A stretch of 64,000 nucleotides of DNA from assembly GCA_046350795.1 (NCBI GenBank), contig JAXLZT010000001.1:2411-66410 (forward strand), given 5' to 3'. This document shows positions 50,427 through 61,089 of this stretch, one piece after another. A program made the translations under genes and the position numbers. This DNA is from Minisyncoccota bacterium (lineage in GTDB: Bacteria; Patescibacteriota; Minisyncoccia; Phycocordibacterales; CALRHW01). The first letter of the stretch is position 1, and every line of letters begins with the position of its first letter. A model generated the notes under the pieces. That model was given only the letters and a program-made list of their open reading frames with translations, was not told the origin of the DNA and did no database searches.

Positions 50427-50945
50427 ATGAACAAGAATCCTATACAGATCGCCAGCGAGGAGTACGTGGCTGATTTCCCCTTCATCGAACACTGGGTGAG
50501 GCAGTACTACAACTCGCTCCGAACAATCACTGTAAAGAGATTGGATTTGGAGGCGCTACAACGGGTGGCCGAACTCTTCTATTTGTTCTTCTTTACTCAC
50601 TGGACACAAATCATCTGTGTCAGCAAAGATAAGAAGATCATGTGTGAGGCTCAGTTTGGCGGAACATTCTTTCACATAACTCCCTGGTGGGCTCCATGGA
50701 GGTGGAAGATTTGCAAAGTCGTAGGACATTCAGCTCTAGACACCCTTATGGGGCTCAATGAGCAAGATCTGGCTCGTGTCGGATATGTACTAATGGTCAC
50801 GGGCATAGACAACGGAAGTGTCAACATCATAATCTACAAGCTTCCAAAAGACCGCACTCTCTCGGAGTTTGTGGATGATGAGAAAGCCAGAATCAAATCC
50901 GAGGCTCGAGTAGAAATTGCTCGTGAAGCTTCGGTTGTTCGATAG
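50427..50945 (+). CDS. Hypothetical protein (172 aa), high-GC island
   Basis: GAGGA SD; Trp-rich (PWWAPWRWK); no family recognised. Confidence 0.5.
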   Translation: MNKNPIQIASEEYVADFPFIEHWVRQYYNSLRTITVKRLDLEALQRVAELFYLFFFTHWTQIICVSKDKKIMCEAQFGGTFFHITPWWAPWRWKICKVVGHSALDTLMGLNEQDLARVGYVLMVTGIDNGSVNIIIYKLPKDRTLSEFVDDEKARIKSEARVEIAREASVVR

Positions 50946-50970
50946 ACGATCGATGTGATTGCCAGACAGT

Positions 50971-51004
50971 GGCCCCAGGGATTTCATCCCTGGGGCCATA
51001 TTTT
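50971..51004. terminator. Bidirectional intrinsic terminator (TGGCCCCAGGGAT-ttc-ATCCCTGGGGCCA)
   Basis: 13-bp stem plus TATTTTTTA. Confidence 0.7.
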
Positions 51005-51880
51005 TTACAACCCCCTCTCGGCTTCAATAAACTCATCTAGGTCACCGGCGAGAACACGGTCTATATCTCGCACCTCTACGTCTGTGCGGTGATCCTTTAC
51101 CATTTGATATGGATGCATCACGTATGAGCGGATCTGACTGCCCCACTCATTTGTCGTGGTCTTACTGACATACATCCCCTTTTCTTTGCTTTTTCTATCT
51201 TCTTCTAATTTTTTATATAGTTTGCCTTGCAATACTTTGAGGGCATGCTCACGATTTTGCGCCTGAGAGCGCTCAGAGTCGGCCTGCGTAGCTAGGCCGG
51301 TCGGAATATGCACCACACGTACGGCTGTCTCACGTTTATTTACATTCTGACCTCCAGGACCGCTAGATCTGGAAAATTCAAATCTCAAATCTTCTTCCGG
51401 AATTTTTAAATCATCATGTCTATCAAATTTTGGTATCACTTCTACCATTGAAAAAGAAGTGTGGCGAAGCTGTTTTGAGCTAAATGGAGAAATGCGCACG
51501 AGACGATGCACACCTGATTCATTTTTTAGAGTGCCGTACACATTTTTACCAGATATTTCTATAGTCACATTACGATACCCACCATGATCATTTTCATTTT
51601 TATGCAATGTCGCACAACCCCAACCTTTTTTCTCAATATATTTTAAATACATTTCTAGTAAGATATGGGAAAAATCCTCAGCATCATCTCCGCCGGCGCC
51701 AGAAAAAATAGTCATTATGGCGTCTCCCTTGTCGTATTTCCCTACCCCCTCTAAATCATTTTTTAAATCTCCTAGCTCGCGAACTTTTGCCTGAGCTTTT
51801 TCTTTATCATTCCAAAAATCGGGTGAGGACATTTGTGCTTCAAGCGAAGCAATCTTTTCCAAAATCTCTTCTTTCTTCAT
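51005..51880 (-). CDS. prfB: Peptide chain release factor 2 (short, 291 aa; no programmed frameshift)
   Basis: SPF tripeptide (RISPFSSKQLRHTSF) and GGQ (SGPGGQNVNK). Confidence 0.85.
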   Translation of the reverse strand: MKKEEILEKIASLEAQMSSPDFWNDKEKAQAKVRELGDLKNDLEGVGKYDKGDAIMTIFSGAGGDDAEDFSHILLEMYLKYIEKKGWGCATLHKNENDHGGYRNVTIEISGKNVYGTLKNESGVHRLVRISPFSSKQLRHTSFSMVEVIPKFDRHDDLKIPEEDLRFEFSRSSGPGGQNVNKRETAVRVVHIPTGLATQADSERSQAQNREHALKVLQGKLYKKLEEDRKSKEKGMYVSKTTTNEWGSQIRSYVMHPYQMVKDHRTDVEVRDIDRVLAGDLDEFIEAERGL

Positions 51881-51921
51881 ATTAAAAGTATATCAGGCGA
51901 TTTCGTTTTTTATAAATTAAA

Positions 51922-51957
51922 TGGCCAGGGATCCAACAAGTGGGTCCCTGGCCTTTT
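51922..51957. terminator. Intrinsic terminator hairpin (GGCCAGGGATCC-aacaagt-GGGTCCCTGGCC plus TTTTT)
   Basis: 12-bp stem plus T-tract. Confidence 0.55.
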
Positions 51958-52334
51958 TGCCAGTTACGGGCGTTTCCTTGGGTGACCAAGGGCCGAATGC
52001 GCGGTGCTCTTTAGCGTCCGTGCTCGTGGAGGAGGAAGAGTGGCTTCGAAACACCTATGCACCACAATGCACAGGATCATCGTCGTCTTGTCTTCACTGG
52101 CCTCGACTATCTCCGGTTTTTGCGCCGCCCGACAACTGACAAACCAGGTCTGAAACAGAGCTCCTTGGTAGCTCATGAACCGACCCCTTGGGGTGGCACG
52201 AGGGTTTTGGCCTTGTTGGCCTTGGGCTCGTTTCTTTACTGGATTTGCTCTCTGAAGATGAATATTATACCTCTAATAAAAAAGTGCAAGGGTTTAATTA
52301 TGTGGTTGTGGATTACTAAAAATCACACAATTTC

Positions 52335-52410
52335 TGGAGCCATTGGCCGGGATTGAACCGGCGACCTCGTCATTACCAATGACGTGCTCTACCAACTGAG
52401 CTACAACGGC
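52335..52410 (-). tRNA. tRNA-Thr (anticodon GGT), CCA encoded
   Basis: GCCGTTG acceptor, CGTCA-TTGGTAA-TGACG anticodon arm, GGTTCAATCC T-arm, CCA. Confidence 0.85.
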
Positions 52411-52536
52411 TTATTAGCTAAAGTGCATTACTACCAAGACAGCTACAACGGCTTATTAGCTAAAGTGCATTACTACCAAGACAGCTACAACGGCTTATTA
52501 GCTAAAGTGCATTACTACCAAGACAGCTACAACGGC
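52399..52536. repeat. Tandem direct repeat, 42-bp unit x3.3 (AGCTACAACGGCTTATTAGCTAAAGTGCATTACTACCAAGAC), beginning inside the 5' end of tRNA-Thr(GGT) and extending upstream
   Basis: Three identical units at 52399-52440, 52441-52482, 52483-52524, plus a 12-nt partial; each unit carries the first 12 nt of the tRNA and a TTGGTA...TAATAA promoter-like leader. Confidence 0.85.
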
Positions 52537-52614
52537 GTAAATTAATGATACACAAAGTTTGCAAATCCGCCAAAAATATGGATAATTTTGGGATATACTC
52601 ATTTCAGGAAATAT

Positions 52615-52687
52615 GTCGGGGTAGCTCAGTTGGTAGAGCACAGGACTCATAAGCCTGGGGTCGTGGGTTCGATCCCCACCCTCGACA
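52615..52687 (+). tRNA. tRNA-Met (anticodon CAT; elongator-type or tRNA-Ile2)
   Basis: GTCGGGG acceptor (G1-C72 paired, so not initiator), CTCATAA anticodon loop, GTGGG-TTCGATC-CCCAC T-arm; A31-G39 mismatch noted. Confidence 0.7.
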
Positions 52688-52740
52688 CAAGTTTTGCAAC
52701 ATTGTGCGCAAAACGAAAATTTGTTAGATTATAGCCTATT

Positions 52741-52814
52741 GCGGTCGTAGCTCAACTGGTTAGAGCACTCGCCTGTCACGTGAGAGGTTGAGGGTTCAAG
52801 TCCCTTCGACCGCG
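52741..52814 (+). tRNA. tRNA-Asp (anticodon GTC)
   Basis: GCGGTCG acceptor, CTCGC-CTGTCAC-GTGAG anticodon arm, GAGGGTTCAAGTCCCTT T-arm. Confidence 0.8.
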
Positions 52815-52835
52815 CAGTAAGTATAAAAACAAACC

Positions 52836-52870
52836 AAAAACCGCCCACGAGGGCGGTTTTTGGTTTATAT
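52836..52870 (+). terminator. Intrinsic terminator (AAAAACCGCCC-acga-GGGCGGTTTTT)
   Basis: Hairpin plus T-tract after the tRNA pair. Confidence 0.65.
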
Positions 52871-52925
52871 AGCAAAAGTTTCAGCCACTGCCACTAAGAT
52901 AATTCCGAACATCTTTTTATACTTG

Positions 52926-52996
52926 TTGCGGGAGCTGGAATTGCACCAACGCCTGGAGGTTATGAGCCTCCCGAGATACTACTTCTCTATCCCGCG
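52926..52996 (-). ncRNA. Degenerate tRNA-like element with CAU anticodon loop (possible tRNA pseudogene or tRNA-like RNA)
   Basis: rc reads CGCGGGA-TA-GAGA-AGTAGTA-TCTC-G-GGAGG-CTCATAA-CCTCC-AGGC-GTTGG-TGCAATT-CCAGC-TCCCGCA-A; canonical anticodon arm, C1/A72 mismatch, no G18G19, G at position 55. Confidence 0.35.
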
Positions 52997-53043
52997 ATTA
53001 GGTTTTTATAGTATCACAAAATATCAAAATAACAAGAGGAATA

Positions 53044-53067
53044 GGCGCGCGGCGGACGCCGCGCGCC
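53044..53067 (-). terminator. GC hairpin (GGCGCGCGGC-ggac-GCCGCGCGCC) downstream of the HEPN gene
   Basis: 10-bp stem directly after the stop of the 53072..53779 gene. Confidence 0.5.
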
Positions 53068-53071
53068 ACCT

Positions 53072-53779
53072 TTATATATACTTAAACTCCTCAAAAACAG
53101 ACTTATATAAAGCGATTACACGTCTTGCCTCTCGCTCATTTAGTTCAAAATTGGCACCTTCATGGGCGATCATATTTCTTACCTTATGCGCCTCCCAAGC
53201 ATTGTTGAGAGTATTGAAATCACTTACTTCTATTCCCTTTAGTCTCTCACCCAAGTTGTCACCATGATAACCCATACTTTTTGTCATTTCATCCAAAATA
53301 CTATCTGATTCAATGATCGCTATCTTCCAATCATTTGGATTTGTGGACTCTATATGCTCCAACACACGCTCCCATCTTTTATTTTGCACAGAAACTGGTG
53401 TAGACATCACGCTAGCATTTGAATCTTTTGATTCTGTGATAGCCCCTGCTGGTTTTGCATATTTTGCTTTTATCTGTTTCGAAAGTTTGGACATCTTTCT
53501 GTATACAGAAACTATCATGTACACAAGAAACACTGATACAAAGAAAGAAATAATTTTAAATATCGGTAATGTGCGCCAAAACCATTTTGACAAATGTTCA
53601 AACCAACCAGAATCATCTAAAGGATTGCTACTCTGCAAAAATCCAAAGAAATTGAGCACAGCATAGCTAAGTAAGGCAATCAAAACACCCGCGATAACAA
53701 GAAACTCCCACACATTTGAGGCGCCAAGTGGACCAGCATCTGAAGGAGCTGATTTTTTATCTTTTTTATCGTCTGCCAT
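53072..53779 (-). CDS. Membrane-anchored protein with C-terminal HEPN-like (DUF4145-type) domain
   Basis: Two N-terminal TM helices; C-terminal helical domain with KVRNMIAHEG (Rx4H HEPN motif, the DUF4145 signature RN-AAH). Confidence 0.55.
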   Translation of the reverse strand: MADDKKDKKSAPSDAGPLGASNVWEFLVIAGVLIALLSYAVLNFFGFLQSSNPLDDSGWFEHLSKWFWRTLPIFKIISFFVSVFLVYMIVSVYRKMSKLSKQIKAKYAKPAGAITESKDSNASVMSTPVSVQNKRWERVLEHIESTNPNDWKIAIIESDSILDEMTKSMGYHGDNLGERLKGIEVSDFNTLNNAWEAHKVRNMIAHEGANFELNEREARRVIALYKSVFEEFKYI

Positions 53780-53801
53780 TTATATAAGTATACTATGCAA
53801 A

Positions 53802-55241
53802 CTACTCATTCAAAAATTCTTTTCCCACAGCAAACAAAATATCTTCGCGACACTCGGCTGACATAAACTGTAAGCCTAGTGGTAAATCTACTCCGTCTTT
53901 TTTTACAAAACCAGAAGGTACGGAAAGCGCGGGAATTCTCGCTATGTTTGCTGGCACAGTAAAAATATCCGCTAAATACATTTCGACTGGATTATCTTTC
54001 TTTTCTCCAAGCTTAAAAGCTGGTGTAGGAGTCGTAGGTGTAATGATCACATCTACTTTTTCAAAAGCTTTTGTAAAATCATCAATGATGAGCTTGCGGG
54101 CATTTTGTGCTTTATTGTAATACGCATCATAGTAGCCAGATGAAAGTACGTGTGTACCGACCAATATACGTCGACGCACCTCTTTCCCAAATCCTTTTCC
54201 ACGAGTTTTTTTGTAATCTTCTAGCAAGTTTTTTCCATCAACATGTAGACCAAACTTTACCCCATCAAAACGTGCCAGGTTTGAAGACACTTCTCCCGGC
54301 ATAATGATGTAATACGCGGGTAAGGAATATTTTATATGTGGCAATTCAATATCTTTTATTTCATAGCCAAGCGATTCAAGTTTTTTTATTGATTGATCAA
54401 AATTGGCACGAACTTCTGGATCTAAGCCATCTATATACACCATATCGCGAGGCACACCAATAACAGGCTTTTTTGACTTCAAAGGCTGTGCCTGCATTTT
54501 TTTATACAAATCATTGGGCAGAGTCGTACTATCAAAAGCATCATGTCCACGAATTGTATTAAATAAAATTTCTGCGTCAGTCACGCTGCGAGTAATAGGA
54601 CCTATTTGATCAAGAGACGAGCCCATAGCCATAAGGCCGTAGCGAGATACACTGCCATATGTCGTCTTTAGTCCAACAACACCACAAAAACTTGCAGGCT
54701 GACGCACAGAACCCGCCGTATCAGAGCCCAAAGATGCAAGGGCGCCATGCATAGCGACAGATGCAGCTGCGCCACCAGAAGATCCACCCGGCACCCTACT
54801 CTCATCGAGCGGGTTGCGAGTCACACCATATGCAGAAGTCTCAGTCGAGCTACCCATAGCAAACTCATCCATGTTTGTGCGACCAAGAAAAACAACACCG
54901 GCTTCTTTTAAACGAGTCGCAACAGTAGAATCATATGTCGCAGTGTAGTTTTCAAGTATTTTTGATGATGCACTCGCCTTTTTCCCTTTTACTAAAATAT
55001 TGTCTTTGAGAGCAAGAGGAATACCCGCAAGCACACTGTCTGTACCTGCATCTATCATCTTTTGAGCTTCTTCTATTTGCTCATCCAGATCATCGTAAAG
55101 CTCGAGGTATGCGTGCACTGTCTTGTCACGTTTTTCTATCTCATCTAAATACGCCTGACAAAGTTCGCGCACCGAAAAATCTTTTTTTATAAGATGATCG
55201 TGTGCTTTGGCGATAGTCATTTTATCCAAATCAATTTTCAT
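53802..55241 (-). CDS. gatA: Glutamyl-tRNA(Gln) amidotransferase subunit A
   Basis: Amidase signature GGSSGGAAASVA. Confidence 0.9.
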   Translation of the reverse strand: MKIDLDKMTIAKAHDHLIKKDFSVRELCQAYLDEIEKRDKTVHAYLELYDDLDEQIEEAQKMIDAGTDSVLAGIPLALKDNILVKGKKASASSKILENYTATYDSTVATRLKEAGVVFLGRTNMDEFAMGSSTETSAYGVTRNPLDESRVPGGSSGGAAASVAMHGALASLGSDTAGSVRQPASFCGVVGLKTTYGSVSRYGLMAMGSSLDQIGPITRSVTDAEILFNTIRGHDAFDSTTLPNDLYKKMQAQPLKSKKPVIGVPRDMVYIDGLDPEVRANFDQSIKKLESLGYEIKDIELPHIKYSLPAYYIIMPGEVSSNLARFDGVKFGLHVDGKNLLEDYKKTRGKGFGKEVRRRILVGTHVLSSGYYDAYYNKAQNARKLIIDDFTKAFEKVDVIITPTTPTPAFKLGEKKDNPVEMYLADIFTVPANIARIPALSVPSGFVKKDGVDLPLGLQFMSAECREDILFAVGKEFLNE

Positions 55242-55261
55242 TGTCGTTTTTTATTATGTTT

Positions 55262-55552
55262 TTACAGAATTTTCTTTACTTTCAAATAATCACCTTCTCG
55301 ATCAGGCATTTCAGCCAAAATCTCCTCCGTAAAAGCACCTGTCTCGTGCGGAGTATGATCCTCTCGCATCACATTATTTACTAGCGCATCATCGCTTTTC
55401 TCAATTTTTTCTGTCTTGATATTGGCATCTTCTATCTGACCAACGTATTTCAGAATATTTTCTAAATCCTTTTGAAAACCAGCCTTTTCCTCCTCCGGTA
55501 TCTCTAGGCGAGCCAAATCTGCCAGCTTTTCTATATCTTTTATTTCAATCAT
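55262..55552 (-). CDS. gatC: Glutamyl-tRNA(Gln) amidotransferase subunit C
   Basis: MIEIKDIEKLADLARLEIPEEEKAGF; start set at the internal Met to avoid overlap with ligA. Confidence 0.75.
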   Translation of the reverse strand: MIEIKDIEKLADLARLEIPEEEKAGFQKDLENILKYVGQIEDANIKTEKIEKSDDALVNNVMREDHTPHETGAFTEEILAEMPDREGDYLKVKKIL

Positions 55553-55556
55553 GTTC

Positions 55557-57626
<2,070 letters not shown>

Positions 57627-57642
57627 TCAATTATTAAATGGC

Positions 57643-58227
57643 TTAATAAACGGTTCGCAGAGCACGCTCAAGTCGACGTGAATTGTTGATATCACAAGTA
57701 TTATACCCACGTGATTCTATAGTAGTAATGATAATACCAGATGGCTCACCCAACAACGGATCACTTGGTCGCTTATTTACACGCACTATAGCACAAGGTC
57801 CAGTAATATCACCGTTTCCGTTTATGAAAAACTGAAAAATACTGTTTACTTGACCACTACCATCTGCGTCACCGCCAAGCTTTGCTGTAGTAGGTGTGGG
57901 TGGAGTAGGTACAGTGTACACCTCAGAAACACCATTGATAATTTCATTTCCATTACAATTAATGTCGTTAGCGGCATTTCCATTTGTGTAAAAGGCACTC
58001 TGTCCATTTGGATTTCTAGGATTTTTTGTATCCCAAAAAAGAGCACACTCTACACCAGTATCTGCAGCATAAAAAGCAGTCTGTGAATCCTTTCCTACAT
58101 ATGAAAGCAAAAGTTCTTTTAAAGATACATTGGAAAGTGCATATGTCACAAGAAGAAGGGTGCTCGTAATAATCACAGCCATAAGCAATGCAAATCCTTT
58201 TTCTTTTTTAATGTTTTTTATTTTCAT
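57643..58227 (-). CDS. Type IV minor pilin / pseudopilin-like protein
   Basis: Prepilin-type N-terminus KGFALLMAVIITSTLLL. Confidence 0.6.
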   Translation of the reverse strand: MKIKNIKKEKGFALLMAVIITSTLLLVTYALSNVSLKELLLSYVGKDSQTAFYAADTGVECALFWDTKNPRNPNGQSAFYTNGNAANDINCNGNEIINGVSEVYTVPTPPTPTTAKLGGDADGSGQVNSIFQFFINGNGDITGPCAIVRVNKRPSDPLLGEPSGIIITTIESRGYNTCDINNSRRLERALRTVY

Positions 58228-58228
58228 T

Positions 58229-58852
58229 TTAATAATCCAAATCTTTAAGTTGTTGCCAGTTGTACAAATTTTCTGACACTTCCACAGATCTATCTATACC
58301 GTTTTGTTTCCAATTGACCCTAACTTTTACTACAATCTGATTTTCACCATTATCCTGAGGATCACCGTCTTCTCTAAATATACTTATCTCTCTGTAAAAA
58401 GAACTCTGTGTCTTATTTAAATTTGATTCATATTGAAATTGTCCTGTTATATCATTCATGTAAAAAAGTGGGCATCCTTCTGCTGGACACGGCAAAGGTT
58501 TTCCATATAGTGGATTGCCTTCTGGATCAGAAAGTTCACCTGTACTATCAACAAAACACTCCTGGTCACCGTAACAAGGATCATTTTGGTCTTTCGCAAA
58601 ACCATTAAGCCAGGAAACATCTTCTGATCTATTTTTTAACATTTCCAAACCATTATTGTCTCTCAAGTGTCTTATTTGTTCTATTCCCTCTTGCGCCAAA
58701 TAGTAAGCAGTGATTTTGTTTTTAGCATAATTTGTAGACTGCAAACTTGATTGAGCGACAGCAAAAGTACCAGTAATAGAAAGAAGTAAAATAGATATAG
58801 CCACCAAAGCTTCGATAACTGTAAATCCTTTTTTTAGAAAATAATTTTTCAT
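58229..58852 (-). CDS. Type IV minor pilin-like protein
   Basis: N-terminus KKGFTVIEALVAISILLL (G/FTxIE prepilin motif). Confidence 0.65.
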   Translation of the reverse strand: MKNYFLKKGFTVIEALVAISILLLSITGTFAVAQSSLQSTNYAKNKITAYYLAQEGIEQIRHLRDNNGLEMLKNRSEDVSWLNGFAKDQNDPCYGDQECFVDSTGELSDPEGNPLYGKPLPCPAEGCPLFYMNDITGQFQYESNLNKTQSSFYREISIFREDGDPQDNGENQIVVKVRVNWKQNGIDRSVEVSENLYNWQQLKDLDY

Positions 58853-58855
58853 AAA

Positions 58856-59545
58856 TTATTTGTATACTATATCCAAAGATCTCTGGGTAATGGTCGTCTG
58901 TATATTAAACTGTGTTTTTGTAGACTCTTTTACACCAGCATATCCGCGCACCACCATTACCACACGTGGCTGTCTAGTATCTCCATCTGCAAAACCAGTT
59001 TGTTTATCTACAATAAGTGGCTCTGTATCAAAAACATAAAAAGATAGACTTTCTATATCCACCTCTGGAGAAGTAATCGAAACAAAAGAATCATCTTCTG
59101 TGCTATTTATAGATCTTTCTACTCGACCAATGTTTGTTTCTGGATCATTTACAAATCTATATCTAATTACGTCATTCACATTTCCGTCACCATCTAAATC
59201 TTTATTTGATAACATTGTTATTTCTTTTCCTGGATCAGTATTTTGACCTGCATTTTGATTACAATCAGCATTTTCGCCAATATAATCTCCTGGATTATTT
59301 CCATTTGGATACAAACTGTCTGCTATACCACAAAAATATCCTTTGCTCACAGTCATATTTTTTGCCATACCGTTTATCACCAAATTTAGATTATTTATCA
59401 CCGACTTCATGCTCTGATTTTTTTTGTTTACGTCTAAGATAGATAAAACGGCCGTAATACTAATGAGCATTACAATAGTAAAGATAGAGACCGCTACAAG
59501 CATTTCTATCAAGAGGAAACCATTTTTTTTATTTCTTTTTATCAT
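58856..59545 (-). CDS. Type IV minor pilin-like protein
   Basis: N-terminus KNGFLLIEMLVAVSIFTIVM. Confidence 0.65.
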   Translation of the reverse strand: MIKRNKKNGFLLIEMLVAVSIFTIVMLISITAVLSILDVNKKNQSMKSVINNLNLVINGMAKNMTVSKGYFCGIADSLYPNGNNPGDYIGENADCNQNAGQNTDPGKEITMLSNKDLDGDGNVNDVIRYRFVNDPETNIGRVERSINSTEDDSFVSITSPEVDIESLSFYVFDTEPLIVDKQTGFADGDTRQPRVVMVVRGYAGVKESTKTQFNIQTTITQRSLDIVYK

Positions 59546-59565
59546 TATCTTATTATCAAACCTAC

Positions 59566-60279
59566 CTATTCAAAAGCATTGCCTGGATCACCATTATCGA
59601 TAGGATCACCCGCCTCTTCAGACAAATATACAAGACACGAATCATTTACTATAGAAATTTGTCCTGTGGTATAAACATCTATTTGTTTTTCTCTACCTTG
59701 TGGCGACATGAGACATACCCTCACGGCTTGTGAAGCATGCCCACTACTAAACTCAAATCTAGCGTCTGGATCTGGTCGAGTAAATGTAATATCCAACTTG
59801 TCTCTTTTTACGTTGCCATTTCCATCATTAACGTCACAATACCAACCACTACTAGTACCAGCCTGCTCACATAAAGCGAATATATAATTGCCCCTACCGA
59901 TATCTGTCTTTTTTAATACCACATCTTGCATAGCATTATATTTTCCATCATGAACACCAAAAGCATCGGCAACATCAGCAAAAAATATAAAACTTAGATT
60001 ATCTTTACTTTTTCCAGTCGCAGTAGCGCCGAAATGTATACCGTATGGAGTATTAAATCTTTCTTCTTCTGGAGTATTTACACCCTCTTTAAAATCTCGC
60101 GCGCTCACCCCATATACCTGTGCCTGACGCAAAGCGAGTGCAACTTCATAGGATAAGTTTGTTATTTCTAGATTGTCGTTAAATTTTTGATGATTATAAA
60201 TAATAACAGCAGAAACAACGGCCATAATGGAAAAAGAGACCATTAGTTCAATCAGTGTAAATCCTTTTTTATATTTCAT
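59566..60279 (-). CDS. Type IV minor pilin-like protein
   Basis: N-terminus KKGFTLIELMVSFSIMAVV. Confidence 0.65.
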   Translation of the reverse strand: MKYKKGFTLIELMVSFSIMAVVSAVIIYNHQKFNDNLEITNLSYEVALALRQAQVYGVSARDFKEGVNTPEEERFNTPYGIHFGATATGKSKDNLSFIFFADVADAFGVHDGKYNAMQDVVLKKTDIGRGNYIFALCEQAGTSSGWYCDVNDGNGNVKRDKLDITFTRPDPDARFEFSSGHASQAVRVCLMSPQGREKQIDVYTTGQISIVNDSCLVYLSEEAGDPIDNGDPGNAFE

Positions 60280-60288
60280 GAATTTGTG

Positions 60289-61083
60289 CTAAAAAAAAGC
60301 CAAATATTTAGAGATATGAATGATATCCCAACCAAAGAAAAACACGAGCAGAGTACCGATGATAATAAACGGTCCAAAAGGTATTTCACTCTTCATTGTA
60401 AGATTTTTAGAAGACAAAGACAATACGCGACTCAAGATAATGAGCGTCAAACCCACTATCGCACCGATCCAAAAGGCCAATACAAGCGCAGAAATACCGC
60501 GCACAAAACCAAGCATAAAACCTACACCAACGACGATTTTGGCATCACCCAAACCTATCCATCGCCCACCAGACACCAGCCATAAAAGTGCGAAAGGTAG
60601 AGCAAGTATTGGACCAGCTAGAACATCCAAAAGAGAGTTGTTATGTAAGTAAAAAAAAGAGAAGAGAGAGAAAGCTAGCGTCACTGCCCCAAAAATAAAA
60701 GACCAAGAATCTGGAATTATTTTATGCTTAAAATCATAAATACTGATAACAATCAAAATACTGATAACAAAAAAATAATAGAAAATGAGCGGACTCAGAC
60801 CGACGTGTAAAAAAGTAGCCAAGAAAAGGAGTCCAGTGACAAGCTCAACGAGCGGATATTGTAGCGAGATCTTGCTTTTACACGCACTGCATTTACCTCC
60901 AAGAAAAATAAAACTAAACACAGGAATTAATTCATACCAATGAAGTGTTTTGCTACAAGAAAAACATTGTGATCTGCCACGCGCTATAGGCAATCCTGTA
61001 TTATGTCTCAAAGCAACGACGTTTAAAAAACTGCCCACTATAGTTCCAAAAATAAATATAAAAAATGAAATAAGTAAATACAT
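60289..61083 (-). CDS. pilD: Prepilin peptidase (A24 family)
   Basis: N-terminal CFSC...CSAC zinc cluster; multi-TM A24 core. Confidence 0.8.
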   Translation of the reverse strand: MYLLISFFIFIFGTIVGSFLNVVALRHNTGLPIARGRSQCFSCSKTLHWYELIPVFSFIFLGGKCSACKSKISLQYPLVELVTGLLFLATFLHVGLSPLIFYYFFVISILIVISIYDFKHKIIPDSWSFIFGAVTLAFSLFSFFYLHNNSLLDVLAGPILALPFALLWLVSGGRWIGLGDAKIVVGVGFMLGFVRGISALVLAFWIGAIVGLTLIILSRVLSLSSKNLTMKSEIPFGPFIIIGTLLVFFFGWDIIHISKYLAFF

Positions 61084-61089
61084 TAATAA

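Noticed and set aside
51881-51960. Programmed +1 frameshift site for prfB
   Set aside because: No upstream short ORF or CTTTGAC motif. A terminator hairpin lies immediately upstream of the ATG.
51964-52176. 70-aa minus-strand ORF in the GC islet upstream of prfB
   Set aside because: There is an SD-like AAGGGG, but the ORF has low complexity, no homology and sits in high GC. It is too uncertain to call.
52399-52536. Possible CRISPR array
   Set aside because: The units are contiguous identical 42-bp tandem repeats with no unique spacers and no cas genes; they overlap a tRNA 5' end.
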